The position numbers and the translations under genes are program-made. Positions 25,557-34,670 of a stretch of 64,000 bases of DNA are shown one piece after another. Positions within the stretch are counted from its first letter, which is position 1; every line of letters begins with the position of its first letter. Below the pieces are notes generated by a model. It did not search any database and was not told where the DNA came from. It saw only the letters and a program-made list of their open reading frames with translations. Source of the stretch: a bacterium. GTDB taxonomy: Bacteria; Bacillota; Clostridia; Christensenellales; Aristaeellaceae. The stretch is from contig CAVERI010000006.1 in the NCBI GenBank assembly GCA_963618055.1, positions 431 through 64,430 of the forward strand, written 5' to 3'.

Positions 25557-26393
25557 TTACAGCCGGATCGTCGCGCCCGCGGGAACGCGAATGACCTCGC
25601 CGTCGCGCAGAGCCCACACGTCCGTCGCCGTGGGATTCTGCGCCAGCGCTCCGTCCACCGAAAAGCGAAGCGCGCGGAAGGCCTGAACGTAATCGTGGAT
25701 TTCAAGGTTCGTGGCGTACCATATGTCGTCCCTGTGACCGACGGTCTTCAGGAAGCGCTCGATCACGTGCCAGTTGTCGTGGCCCTCAAATTCATAGGCG
25801 TGACCCCACAGGTAGAACAGCCACGGCTCGCGGTTGGGCGCGCTGGCCGTGAACTTCTCGCCCAGCTCGTTCAGCGCCGGGTTATCGTGGTGGCAGGTTG
25901 CGCCCAGACGGAGCCAGTCCGTGGGAATATCGAAATTCAGGCGCGTAACGGTTGTGCGGCTGTAGGCAATGCCCGCAAGGCGCAGAAGCTCCACCACGTC
26001 GTCCGACAGCGTGCCATAGGGATACGCCATGCCGCGAACGATGCGGCCAAAGTCCTTTTCCAGCTTCGCGCGGTCGGAAATTACCTCCAGCATGGCCGTC
26101 GCCGTGGGCACGGCCTCAAGAAACGCGTGCGTGGACGCGTGCACGGCCACCTCAATGTCGTTTCCGGCGTAGGCCGCGAGGCACTGCTTTTCGGTCATGC
26201 GGCGGTGTACCTGTCCGGCGGGATACACGGTTCCCTCCGGCGCGTACAGACCGGAATTCAGGTTGAACGTGCCCTTCACGCCGTTTTCGCGCATGATCTC
26301 AATCAGCCGAACGTCCTGCTGCACGCCGTCGTCATAGCTCATCGTAAAGGCCTTGCCAAGGCCGCCGGGAAACCGCATGCGAAGATGATTCAT
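25557..26393 (-). CDS. polysaccharide deacetylase (CE4 / NodB-homology) family protein
   Basis: The true start is ATG 26393 (MNHLRMRFPGG...). Motifs are FTMSYDDG, EVAVHASTHAF and MAYPYG. The 20-aa extension in the track runs into the duplicated yugP fragment. Confidence 0.85.
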   Translation of the reverse strand: MNHLRMRFPGGLGKAFTMSYDDGVQQDVRLIEIMRENGVKGTFNLNSGLYAPEGTVYPAGQVHRRMTEKQCLAAYAGNDIEVAVHASTHAFLEAVPTATAMLEVISDRAKLEKDFGRIVRGMAYPYGTLSDDVVELLRLAGIAYSRTTVTRLNFDIPTDWLRLGATCHHDNPALNELGEKFTASAPNREPWLFYLWGHAYEFEGHDNWHVIERFLKTVGHRDDIWYATNLEIHDYVQAFRALRFSVDGALAQNPTATDVWALRDGEVIRVPAGATIRL

Positions 26394-26424
26394 CGTTTTT
26401 TCCTCCGTATCCTTCAAAAAATGT

Positions 26425-26555
26425 TTAGTCGCGGCGGCGGCGGTTGCCCGCAATGGCGATCAGGCGCAGAAGCTGAAGAACCGCCATCAGTGCGGACACG
26501 ACATAGGTCAGCGCCGCGGCGGACAAAACGCTTTGCGCCGGGCATTTCGCCGCTC
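26425..26555 (-). pseudogene. decayed duplicate of the 3-prime end of the YugP-like gene
   Basis: 26425-26555 aligns with 26580-26712, including the TAA stop. The alignment has several substitutions and a 2-nt deletion (cgctttgcgcc versus cgctccgcgcgcc) that breaks the frame. Confidence 0.75.
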
Positions 26556-26579
26556 CTTAGGTAATCGTATTTTGCCGTT

Positions 26580-27266
26580 TTAGTCGCGGCTGCGGCGGTT
26601 GCCCGCAATGGCGATCAGGCGCAGAAGCTGAAGGACGGCCATCAGCGCGGACGCGACATAGGTCAGCGCCGCGGCGGACAGCACGCTCCGCGCGCCGGGC
26701 ATTTCGCCGCTCGTCAGGTAGCCGCCGTTTTCCAGCAGCGTCAGCGCGCGGCGGGACGCGTTCAGCTCCACCGGCAGGGTAATCAGCGTGAACGCGACCA
26801 TGGCGGTGTACAGCGCGATGCCGATCAGCACCAGCGGCCGAAAATTGAAAATCAGCCCGGCAAGGAACAGCGGCCACGCCGCCTGCGAGCCGATTCCGGC
26901 GGTGCGGACGCACGCCGTGCGCAGCTGAAGCGGCGCATACGCGTCCGCGTCCTGCAGGGCGTGCCCGGTTTCGTGGGCGGCTACGCCCAGCGCGGCGACG
27001 TTCGCGCCGTCCATCGTTTGCGGCGACAGCCGAAGCACCTTTGCCTGCGGGTCATAATGGTCGGTCAGCCGGCCGGACACGCGCTCGATGCGCACGTTCC
27101 GCAGTCCCGCGTCGTCCAGAAGCTGGCGCGCCACCTCGCCGCCGGTCAGGCCGGACGCGGTAGGCGCCTTTCGATAGCGTTCAAAACGGCTGTTCACAAG
27201 CACCTGCGCAAGCAGCGACAGCGCCAGCGCGCCGAGAATCAGAAGATACAGGATTCCTTCGTCCAT
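26580..27266 (-). CDS. YugP-family membrane zinc metallopeptidase
   Basis: HExxH in GVAAHETGHALQ, an N-terminal TM and C-terminal TMs. ATG 27266 (MDEGILYLL...) has GGAGGG 7 nt upstream. The ORF could start at 27281. Confidence 0.85.
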   Translation of the reverse strand: MDEGILYLLILGALALSLLAQVLVNSRFERYRKAPTASGLTGGEVARQLLDDAGLRNVRIERVSGRLTDHYDPQAKVLRLSPQTMDGANVAALGVAAHETGHALQDADAYAPLQLRTACVRTAGIGSQAAWPLFLAGLIFNFRPLVLIGIALYTAMVAFTLITLPVELNASRRALTLLENGGYLTSGEMPGARSVLSAAALTYVASALMAVLQLLRLIAIAGNRRSRD

Positions 27267-27325
27267 AAACACACCCTCCATCTTGGGAGCTTCCCTTTAT
27301 AGTATACCACACCCTGCCCATGTTG

Positions 27326-28132
27326 TCACCCGTTTTTCGCGTTTCCCGGAAACGGCTGTCCGCGGCGGTACTCCGTGGGCGTAAGGCCGAGGCGCGAGGT
27401 GAACTGGCGCGAAAATGCCGACGCGTCGCAGTAGCCCAGCCCCTCCGCGATTTCGCCCAGCGGCAGGTCGGTGGAGCGCAGAAGCAGGCGCGCGCGGTTC
27501 AGCCGCGCCGAAATCACGTATTCCGGATAGCCCACGCCCACCACCTGCGCGAACATCCGACCCATATAGTCCCGGCAGTAGCCCGCCCGCGCGGCCAGTG
27601 CGGCCAGCGTTTCGGCGCTCTCCGGGTGCGCCTGCACGTCGCGCGCCACGCGCTCCATCAGGGTTCGAATGCGCGCGGGCACGGCGCTTCGAGCGGCGCT
27701 TTCCTGCTCTAAAAGCTCTGTCAGCGCACAGCGGAGGAACAGCTCCGCGTCGCCCGCGCGGTTCGCGCCGTACAGCCGAAGCACGCGCGTGAGCGTTTCA
27801 TACAGATAGGACGCGTCCGACACGGCATGCACAAACAGCGGCTTCTCCGGCGCGTCGCCGTCCAGCCCGAAATGCACGTTGATGACCAGCGGCGCCATGC
27901 CCTCCCGCGCGGACGCGACATAGCGAATGCCCGGCGAGAGCAGAAAACAGCTGCCGCGCACGTAGTCATACGCGTGCTCCGGCGTTTCCAGCGTGCCCGC
28001 GCCGCGAAATACCGCCCATAGATCCCAGTCTGGTATGCCGCGCGCGCCCGTATCCCAGCGCCACGACGCGTCGCAGTCGCTGATTCCGCACGAATGAATG
28101 CGCACGGAGGAAAAAAATTCGTTTTGTTTCAT
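27326..28132 (-). CDS. AraC-family transcriptional regulator
   Basis: N-terminal cupin-like domain and C-terminal HTH (LAALAARAGYCRDYMGRMFAQVVG...GYCDASAFSRQFTSRLGLTPTEYRR). It is divergent from the isomerase-like gene. Confidence 0.85.
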   Translation of the reverse strand: MKQNEFFSSVRIHSCGISDCDASWRWDTGARGIPDWDLWAVFRGAGTLETPEHAYDYVRGSCFLLSPGIRYVASAREGMAPLVINVHFGLDGDAPEKPLFVHAVSDASYLYETLTRVLRLYGANRAGDAELFLRCALTELLEQESAARSAVPARIRTLMERVARDVQAHPESAETLAALAARAGYCRDYMGRMFAQVVGVGYPEYVISARLNRARLLLRSTDLPLGEIAEGLGYCDASAFSRQFTSRLGLTPTEYRRGQPFPGNAKNG

Positions 28133-28229
28133 ATCGGTATTTTACAATTTTTCAGCGCGTTTGTCAATCGAAATCGAGCCAAAAGAAAGCTATAATGAAC
28201 TTGAACAACGCCGAAAGGAGTCTTAAATC

Positions 28230-29555
28230 ATGTCTTACCGCGTGAAAATCGCCATTCAGCGCAAGCCCGCCGGAACGCCCGGCTGGCCGAACATCAATTA
28301 CGACTACGAAAAGGAGCTTAATCGCATTTATCCCATTCTGCGCGAGGGCAACCCGGACGCGCAGCTGGACGTATGCTGGTACACCGCCGCGTCGCAGGCC
28401 GAGGCGGACTGGGAGAGGGACAAAGAAATCTACGACGGCGTGCTCGTGCTTCTGATGACGAACTGGGTACGCGTGGATCAGTTCTATCTGGAAAAGGCGA
28501 AAGAGGGCTTCCCGGTGATCGTGGCCGACGTGCCCTATTGCGGCAGCGGCTCCATCCTGACCGGTACCTCCGCCCTTGTGCGCGAGCAGAGGCTGCCCGT
28601 GCCGGTGCTCGCCACCCGCGACTATCGCCGCGTCGCCGAGGCGGTTCGCCTGTTCGGCGTGCTCAAGCGCATGAAGACGGCGCGCGTGCTGGTCGTCAAC
28701 AACGACCCGGATATGGCCGTGCAGAAGGCCGCCGAGGCGCGCTGGGGCGTGACGTTTATCAACCGCACCTCCGCCGACCTGATGAAGAAATTCGGCAAGG
28801 TCGACCCCGCGCTGGCCCGCGCGACCGCCGACCGCTGGGAGCAGGAAGCGCTGGGCATCCTTGAGCCGTCCGACGCCGACATTCTGGAAAGCGCGCAGCT
28901 CTATCACGCCATCATGGAAATGAAGGAGGAAACGCAGGCTGACGCGCTGACCATCGACTGTCTGCAGCTGTCCTATAACGGCATTTACGACGAAAGCCGC
29001 CACATGTATCCCTGCCTGAGCTACTATCAGATGGGCAACGACGGAGAAATCGGCATCTGCGAGGCGGACGTAAACTCCACCATCTCCGCGATGCTCACCC
29101 GCTACATGACCGGCCGCCCCGGCTATGTGTCCGACCCCGTGGTGGATACCTGCGCCGGGCAGATCACCTATGCCCACTGCGTCGCCTGCCGCAAGGTTTT
29201 CGGCGAGAACGATCCGCGCACCTGCCAGTACTACCTGCGCAGCCACGCGGAGGACAACAAGGGCGCGTCCGTGCAGGTTGTCTTCCCGTCGGGCGAGGAT
29301 CTGACCACCATCAACATCGACCACGTGCAGGGCGTCGCCTGCATCCATTCCTCCCGCTCCGAGGGCAACGCGTTCATCGAGGGCGGCTGCCGCTCCAAAC
29401 TGGTTGCCCGCGCGGAGGCCGGAAACCTGCTGGAAAACTGGCTGCCGATGTGGCATCGCGTGACCGTCTTCGGCGATTACCGCAGCCAGTTCATCGAGCT
29501 GTTCCGCATGAAGGGGCTGAAGGTGCTCGAGGAGGACAAAAAATACGAGCGGTAA
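28230..29555 (+). CDS. putative sugar isomerase of the L-fucose/L-arabinose isomerase-like superfamily
   Basis: 441 aa, with AAGGAG 9 nt upstream. GEIGICEADVNSTISAML and WHRVTVFGDYRSQFIELFRMKGL resemble the C-terminal catalytic and dimer motifs of FucI/AraA-like enzymes. The assignment is from memory only. Confidence 0.55.
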   Translation: MSYRVKIAIQRKPAGTPGWPNINYDYEKELNRIYPILREGNPDAQLDVCWYTAASQAEADWERDKEIYDGVLVLLMTNWVRVDQFYLEKAKEGFPVIVADVPYCGSGSILTGTSALVREQRLPVPVLATRDYRRVAEAVRLFGVLKRMKTARVLVVNNDPDMAVQKAAEARWGVTFINRTSADLMKKFGKVDPALARATADRWEQEALGILEPSDADILESAQLYHAIMEMKEETQADALTIDCLQLSYNGIYDESRHMYPCLSYYQMGNDGEIGICEADVNSTISAMLTRYMTGRPGYVSDPVVDTCAGQITYAHCVACRKVFGENDPRTCQYYLRSHAEDNKGASVQVVFPSGEDLTTINIDHVQGVACIHSSRSEGNAFIEGGCRSKLVARAEAGNLLENWLPMWHRVTVFGDYRSQFIELFRMKGLKVLEEDKKYER

Positions 29556-29617
29556 TCCTGCCCGCGGATTCCCGCCGCGCCCGGTTGAATCCGCCGGACG
29601 CGGCGTTTTTCCAATAT

Positions 29618-30709
29618 TTACTGTTTTCCCTCCGTCGGCACGCACAGGAAGCGGTCGCCGGGCGCGAGGTAAACCTCGAGGGCGTGCGTATCGCCCACGG
29701 TGCGGAAGCGCTCGCGCGTTCCGGCGGGGCAGGACGTGCCGTTTACGGTGAATTTGCCGTTTTCAAGATGAAGCACGCCGCCGGGCACAGAGACGGTTTC
29801 GCCCTCATGGATCTCACCGCGCACGTCCAGCTCAGGGTCGAAGCCGAATTCCGGCGCGGGCTTCAGGCACAGGACATAGCCGCTCGCATCGCGGCAAAGG
29901 CTGTAGTCGGCGGGCGTACACATGCTGCCCTGAATCAAATCGTCATGCAGCTCCACGCGGTTCCACGAAAAGCGCAGCGCGCGGCCGGGAATGCCGGAAA
30001 AGCTCTGCGCGGCGTAGCTCAGGCCGCCATAGGAAAGCCGTCGCGCGTCCTGACTGGGGCAAAACTGCCCGTCCGCGCCAAAACGCCCAACCAGATAGCG
30101 GTCGTGCGCGCCGATCAGCACCCAGTGCCGCGTGTCGTCGTCCGCCATTAACGGGAACAGGTCGGGGCACTCGTTGTCCTCCGGAAGGTGCACCGTCTGC
30201 GTCTGCCGAAAGTGAACAAGGTCGTCCGTCTCAAACAGCGCGTACTCGTCGCCGTCCAGATACAGCGCCAACCGGTATACGTTCTTTTCCTCGTCGTATA
30301 CGATCTTCGGGTCGCGGTTTTGCCCGCGGATGTGCCCGATCACGCAGCCGGGCATTTTCTCAAACGTGCGCCCACCGTCCGTGGACACGGCCATGCGCTG
30401 CTCAAACGGCTCGCCCGCCGCGGTGTAATACAGAAGCAGCGGATTGTGCCCACCCTTCCGGAGGCCGGTCAGGTTGCGCACGTCCTCGATTGCGCTGCCG
30501 GAATACATCGTGCAGCCCGGCTCGGGATACAGCGCGATGGGCAGGCGCTCCCAATGAACGAGATCGCGGCTGCGCGCGTGTCCCCAGTGCATGTTGCCCC
30601 AGCGGTTGTCGTCCGGGTTGTGCTGATAAAACAGGTGGTACCAGCCCTCATACAGAATCAGGCCGTTCGGGTCGTTAATCCAGCCCTTTTGCGCGGTAAA
30701 GTGCCTCAT
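29618..30709 (-). CDS. GH32 beta-fructofuranosidase/sucrose-6-phosphate hydrolase-like enzyme, cytoplasmic
   Basis: The true start is ATG 30709 (MRHFTAQKGWINDPNGLILYEGWYHLFYQHNP), with GGGAGGA upstream. Motifs are WINDPNG, RDPKIVY and ECPDLF. The 51-aa extension in the track is rejected. Confidence 0.85.
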   Translation of the reverse strand: MRHFTAQKGWINDPNGLILYEGWYHLFYQHNPDDNRWGNMHWGHARSRDLVHWERLPIALYPEPGCTMYSGSAIEDVRNLTGLRKGGHNPLLLYYTAAGEPFEQRMAVSTDGGRTFEKMPGCVIGHIRGQNRDPKIVYDEEKNVYRLALYLDGDEYALFETDDLVHFRQTQTVHLPEDNECPDLFPLMADDDTRHWVLIGAHDRYLVGRFGADGQFCPSQDARRLSYGGLSYAAQSFSGIPGRALRFSWNRVELHDDLIQGSMCTPADYSLCRDASGYVLCLKPAPEFGFDPELDVRGEIHEGETVSVPGGVLHLENGKFTVNGTSCPAGTRERFRTVGDTHALEVYLAPGDRFLCVPTEGKQ

Positions 30710-30725
30710 GAGCGGGTTCCTCCCT

Positions 30726-31238
30726 TTACAGGTTTTCAAGCAGGTAGGGAATATATCGTTGACAGACGAACAGCTCCGGCGCGGGACAGGGATCCGCGAG
30801 TTCCAGCTCCAGAAGCGCCTGATTCCGTTCGTCTCGATCTGTGTACTCCTGCTCGATGGCAAGCTTTCTCTCCCGTCGCGCCTCCAGCGGGTTCCGCGCG
30901 TCCCATTCCAAAAACGCCTGAATGTGCGCCCGAATCAGCCGCGGATTCGTCCACTCGCAAAAGAAGCGTTCGGTATCGCGAATGACCTGCTCGGCGGCAA
31001 AACGCGCGATGTCCGTTGTGAACATCCCAAAGCTTTGATCTGCCAGCGCGTCAATATATACGCAGGGGCGAATATAATAGGTCTCTTGGCTAAAGCTGCT
31101 TCCCTGAATCACGAATTCCCTCGTGAATATCCCGTCGCTCTTCTTCCAGCGAAGGTGACTTTTCCGAAAGCCCTTTTTGCGAAACCACGCCGCCGCGTAT
31201 TCGATCATTTCTTCCTTTGACACATCCGCGCCTGTCAT
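30726..31238 (-). CDS. hypothetical cytoplasmic protein (DUF4304-like?)
   Basis: ATG 31238 overlaps the YfhO stop (ATGA at 31238-31235). The protein is 170 aa. AWFRKKGFRKSHLRWKKSDGIFTREFVIQGS resembles DUF4304 N-termini from memory only. Confidence 0.55.
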   Translation of the reverse strand: MTGADVSKEEMIEYAAAWFRKKGFRKSHLRWKKSDGIFTREFVIQGSSFSQETYYIRPCVYIDALADQSFGMFTTDIARFAAEQVIRDTERFFCEWTNPRLIRAHIQAFLEWDARNPLEARRERKLAIEQEYTDRDERNQALLELELADPCPAPELFVCQRYIPYLLENL

Positions 31239-33991
31239 TTCTTCCTCCTCGCGCGCCGCGCGGCGAACGTCCACGCGAGAAGCACGGCCAGCGCCGCCAG
31301 AGAGACGATCGCGCCCGTGCGCAGTCCCGGCGTTTCATAGGTAAGCGCCACGTGATGCGTGCCCGCCGTCAGCGGAAGTGCCATATACATGCCGCCCGCG
31401 CGCAGAAGCTCGACCTCGCTTCCGTCCACGCGCGCTGTCCAGCCGCGGCCATAGGGTATGGACAGCTGCAAAATGCCGTCCGACGCGAGCGTCACGTCGC
31501 CCTCCGCGCGGTTCGGGCTGAGCTCCGCGTTCCAGCCCTCGGCGGCAAGCATCTGAACGGCCGCGCGGTAACCCTCCATCGGCACGCTCAGAAATTCCAG
31601 CGATTCAAACCGGAGCACGGCTTCCGATTCAAAGCGAAGCGTCACCTCACTCATGCCGCTCTCGGAATAGCCCAGACACAGGCACGCGCCCAGCTGGTCG
31701 TAATTGAAATTGCCATTCGGACGAATGAAATACGCGCGGGACACGCCCGCCTCCGTGCGCGCGGCCACGCACAGGTCGGTGCCGCTGTCTACCTTCAGAA
31801 GCGTCGTTCCCGAAAAGTACAGATACGTCTCCGCGTCCGCGCGCACGTCGAAGCGCAGTGTGATCATGCCCTTTTCGCGCCCGCGAAGCGTGTTCCCATC
31901 CAGCGTCACGCCGTTCGAGGAGACGACCTCCCATTTGAGCCGCTCCGCGGGAAGCGTCGGTTCGTATGAGGGATATGCCGAGGCGCCCTCCGGCAGCACG
32001 GCGCAGGAAAGCAGCGCCTGCCGCTTCTGAATGGGGTCGAGAACGTCGTATTCCGTCTCGCTCATCGCGCTGTGAAACACATAACCCGCGGGCAGCGCGT
32101 ATTCATTTTCATAGATGTGCACAAGACCTCCGTCCGGCATGGTCTGCTCGCCCGCGGGCGCGTAGCCGTAGGGCAGCAGGTCGGGATAGCGCGTGTCGGC
32201 GCGCACGGCGTACTTTACCGCAGCCAGCGCGTCCAGATACGTGTCCCCGCCCAGCCCCTCCACGCGGAACGGCCAGCGCAGCGAGGCAAGCGAAAGCGTG
32301 CGGTAATGCTCCGTGACCCAGCCGGGCAGAAGGCTCAGATACGCGCCCGTTCCGCGGTAGCCAAGCATCGCGGCGTGCGCGTCCAGACTCATGCCCGTGT
32401 CTACGCGCCAGAGACCGTCGTCGTCCAGCTGAGCGGTCGCCGCGCCCGGCTCGCTTTCGATGCGAGCCGAAAGCCCGCGCGCCTGAAACCGCGAACTCAC
32501 GGCGGCGTTCAGCGCGTAGCCTGCCGTGTAGGCAAGGAAGCACAGCGCCGTAAGCGCCGCCAGCCAGCGCGCCGCCGAGGGGCGATTCTCGCGGAAACCG
32601 CGATCCGACCGCAGGAAAAACACGCCTGCGGTCAGCACCGCCGCGCCGCCCGCCAGCGCCGGAATGCAGCCGATCAGCCGCGAGCCGCGTTCGTTGGAAT
32701 AGAAGGCGCTTTCACCGGCCAGCGCCGGGAAGGAATACGCCAGCGCGCCATACGCCAGCATCAGCGCGCCCCACGCGCACAGGACGCCCGCGACGCGTTT
32801 TCGGCCTTCATAGTCCGGCTTCAGAAAGCGCGGAAGTCCCCACGCCGTCGCCGCGCTCACAGCCGCCGCGAAGCCGTAGCACCAGCGGTTCGTAGGATAG
32901 CCCATGCCGTTGAAAAGCCGTCCCGCCAGCGGCAGGCAGAGACACGCGGCGCACACGGCCAGCACTGCGCGAAGCTGCCGCAGGGTACCCCGTTCCTCCC
33001 CCGCGCGCAGGCGACAGCCGCGCGAAAGCACAAACAGCACCGCCGCCAGCGCCAGCGGCGAAAAGCTTTGCAGCGTCCAGTAGCCCGCGTAATCATACGG
33101 CGCGCAGAAGAACATAAAAAGCTTTATATAATAGGAAAGCGGATAATGCAGAAGCGATTCGGCGTACCCAGTCTTTCCCGCCGTGCGCCCGGAATCCAGA
33201 AAGCCCAGCGCGGATGGATACAGCACCGCCATTGACAGTGCCAGCCCCAGCAGGTAGCCGCCCAGCAGCATAAATCCGTCGCCCGCGCTTTTGCGAACGC
33301 CGCGCGCGCGCAGCCGGGCAAGCAGGCGAATGACGATATACAGAACGACCAGCAGCGTGGTCTGGTAGGCCAGATAGAAGTTGGCGAGGATCATCAGCGC
33401 CGTCACGAGCACCAGCATCGGGAAGCGACGGTCAGAAAGAACGCGCTCCACGGCAATCAGCATCAGCGGCAGATACACGCTGCCCGCCGAATAATAGGGG
33501 TTTTTAATGATGCCGATCGTCTGATAGCTGCAAAACGCGTACACCATCGCGCCCAGCGCCACCGCCGCCCCGCGCATGCCCGGCAGCCGCTTCAGATATA
33601 CACCGAAAAACAGGCCGGACAGGTAGATATACAGGAAGATGAGCGCCTGATAATACACCTCCAGCCCATTCTCCGGCACAAACGCCGCCAGCCATTGAAG
33701 CGGGTCGGTAAGCCCGTAATACGCCAGCATGTTCAGGCTGTCCATGCCCTGCCCCAGCGAGAAATCCACCATGCGGAAGCCGTCTCCCGCAAGGAGCCGC
33801 CGCACGGCGCGCGCGGTGTAGAAAAGCGTCGGATACTGCTGATACAGCGCGTCGCCGCCATAGATAAACGTTTTCCCGGAAAGCAGCAGAAGCGCGAGCA
33901 TCGGCAGCGCCACGGCCAGATACATCAGCGAATACTTTTTCAGCCAGCGGGCGTCCCCGCGGAGCTCGCGCGGCAGGGTTTTCATGCTCAA
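31235..33991 (-). CDS. YfhO-family polytopic membrane protein (glycosyltransferase-C-like)
   Basis: 918 aa. GKTFIYGGDALYQQYPTLFYTARAVRRLL...SLGQGMD..., many TMs, and a large C-terminal extracytoplasmic domain with a final TM, as in YfhO proteins. Confidence 0.85.
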   Translation of the reverse strand: MSMKTLPRELRGDARWLKKYSLMYLAVALPMLALLLLSGKTFIYGGDALYQQYPTLFYTARAVRRLLAGDGFRMVDFSLGQGMDSLNMLAYYGLTDPLQWLAAFVPENGLEVYYQALIFLYIYLSGLFFGVYLKRLPGMRGAAVALGAMVYAFCSYQTIGIIKNPYYSAGSVYLPLMLIAVERVLSDRRFPMLVLVTALMILANFYLAYQTTLLVVLYIVIRLLARLRARGVRKSAGDGFMLLGGYLLGLALSMAVLYPSALGFLDSGRTAGKTGYAESLLHYPLSYYIKLFMFFCAPYDYAGYWTLQSFSPLALAAVLFVLSRGCRLRAGEERGTLRQLRAVLAVCAACLCLPLAGRLFNGMGYPTNRWCYGFAAAVSAATAWGLPRFLKPDYEGRKRVAGVLCAWGALMLAYGALAYSFPALAGESAFYSNERGSRLIGCIPALAGGAAVLTAGVFFLRSDRGFRENRPSAARWLAALTALCFLAYTAGYALNAAVSSRFQARGLSARIESEPGAATAQLDDDGLWRVDTGMSLDAHAAMLGYRGTGAYLSLLPGWVTEHYRTLSLASLRWPFRVEGLGGDTYLDALAAVKYAVRADTRYPDLLPYGYAPAGEQTMPDGGLVHIYENEYALPAGYVFHSAMSETEYDVLDPIQKRQALLSCAVLPEGASAYPSYEPTLPAERLKWEVVSSNGVTLDGNTLRGREKGMITLRFDVRADAETYLYFSGTTLLKVDSGTDLCVAARTEAGVSRAYFIRPNGNFNYDQLGACLCLGYSESGMSEVTLRFESEAVLRFESLEFLSVPMEGYRAAVQMLAAEGWNAELSPNRAEGDVTLASDGILQLSIPYGRGWTARVDGSEVELLRAGGMYMALPLTAGTHHVALTYETPGLRTGAIVSLAALAVLLAWTFAARRARRKK

Positions 33992-34157
33992 GCAACCGTC
34001 CTTCCCTCCCGCGACAGAATCGCCGCGGGCTTTCGTGTGATAGAATTATAGCATTTTTGCGTGCAGAAGTCCATACCGCGCCGGGCACTTCCGGAAAATC
34101 ATGCCGGAATTCGGCATCGTCCGCAGTATACGTGAAGGAAATATTTTTTCACACCGC

Positions 34158-34202
34158 TTGACATGCCTGTGTGGTTAAGCTATAATAATGACAATAGCTT
34201 AA
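34158..34202 (+). promoter_or_regulatory. marR-MATE promoter with overlapping 9-bp inverted repeat (candidate MarR operator)
   Basis: TTGACA (34158-34163), 17 nt, TATAAT (34181-34186). TTAAGCTAT (34175-34183) and ATAGCTTAA (34194-34202) are exact inverted repeats spanning the -10. Confidence 0.6.
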
Positions 34203-34221
34203 TTAAATAGGAGAACGGACG

Positions 34222-34662
34222 ATGGGACTGCGAAAATCACTGGATACATTTTATTACAGCACGGCGCTGTGCGATCTGCGGTTGATGAACCGGCAGTTTG
34301 TAGATGAAAATATCACCTACAACAGCCTGCTGTATATCGAGCTGATCTACACCATGAACGGCACCTGCACCGCTTCCAAGCTGGCGGAGCTGCTTCACGT
34401 TTCGAAGCCGGGCGTAACCTTAAAGCTCAACGAGCTGCTGCGGCAGGGGCTTATTACCAAAACGCCCGACCCGAATGACAGGCGCAGGAACTACCTGTCC
34501 GTCAACGACGACGCGATTCCGCAATATAAGGTTTTCCGCCGACAGGACAGCGAAGCGATTCGGCGCATCACCGACCGCTTTACGCCGGAGGAAATCAGCA
34601 GGCTCTGCGAGATGCTGGACATTATTTCGGAAATCAATTTTGAAGAAATCGAAGGAGTCTAA
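34222..34662 (+). CDS. MarR-family transcriptional regulator
   Basis: 146 aa, with winged helix ASKLAELLHVSKPGVTLKLNELLRQGLITKTPDPNDRRRNYLSV. Confidence 0.9.
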   Translation: MGLRKSLDTFYYSTALCDLRLMNRQFVDENITYNSLLYIELIYTMNGTCTASKLAELLHVSKPGVTLKLNELLRQGLITKTPDPNDRRRNYLSVNDDAIPQYKVFRRQDSEAIRRITDRFTPEEISRLCEMLDIISEINFEEIEGV

Positions 34663-34670
34663 GCGCACAC

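Noticed and set aside
23937-26564. An 875-aa plus-strand ORF spanning the antisense of the VanY, DUF4272-like and deacetylase genes.
   Set aside because: It is an Arg/Gly/His/Ala-rich translation that crosses three independent, motif-supported minus-strand genes and their intergenic regions. It is a GC-content artefact.
26414-26608. A small ORF with an apparently good AAGGAG-ATG (ATG at 26545..26543) inside the duplicated yugP fragment.
   Set aside because: The 2-nt deletion relative to the parent gene puts this ATG out of frame with the ancestral TM helix. The translation is MPGAKRFVRRGADLCRVRTDGGSS..., which is Arg-rich nonsense. It is treated as a pseudogene fragment.
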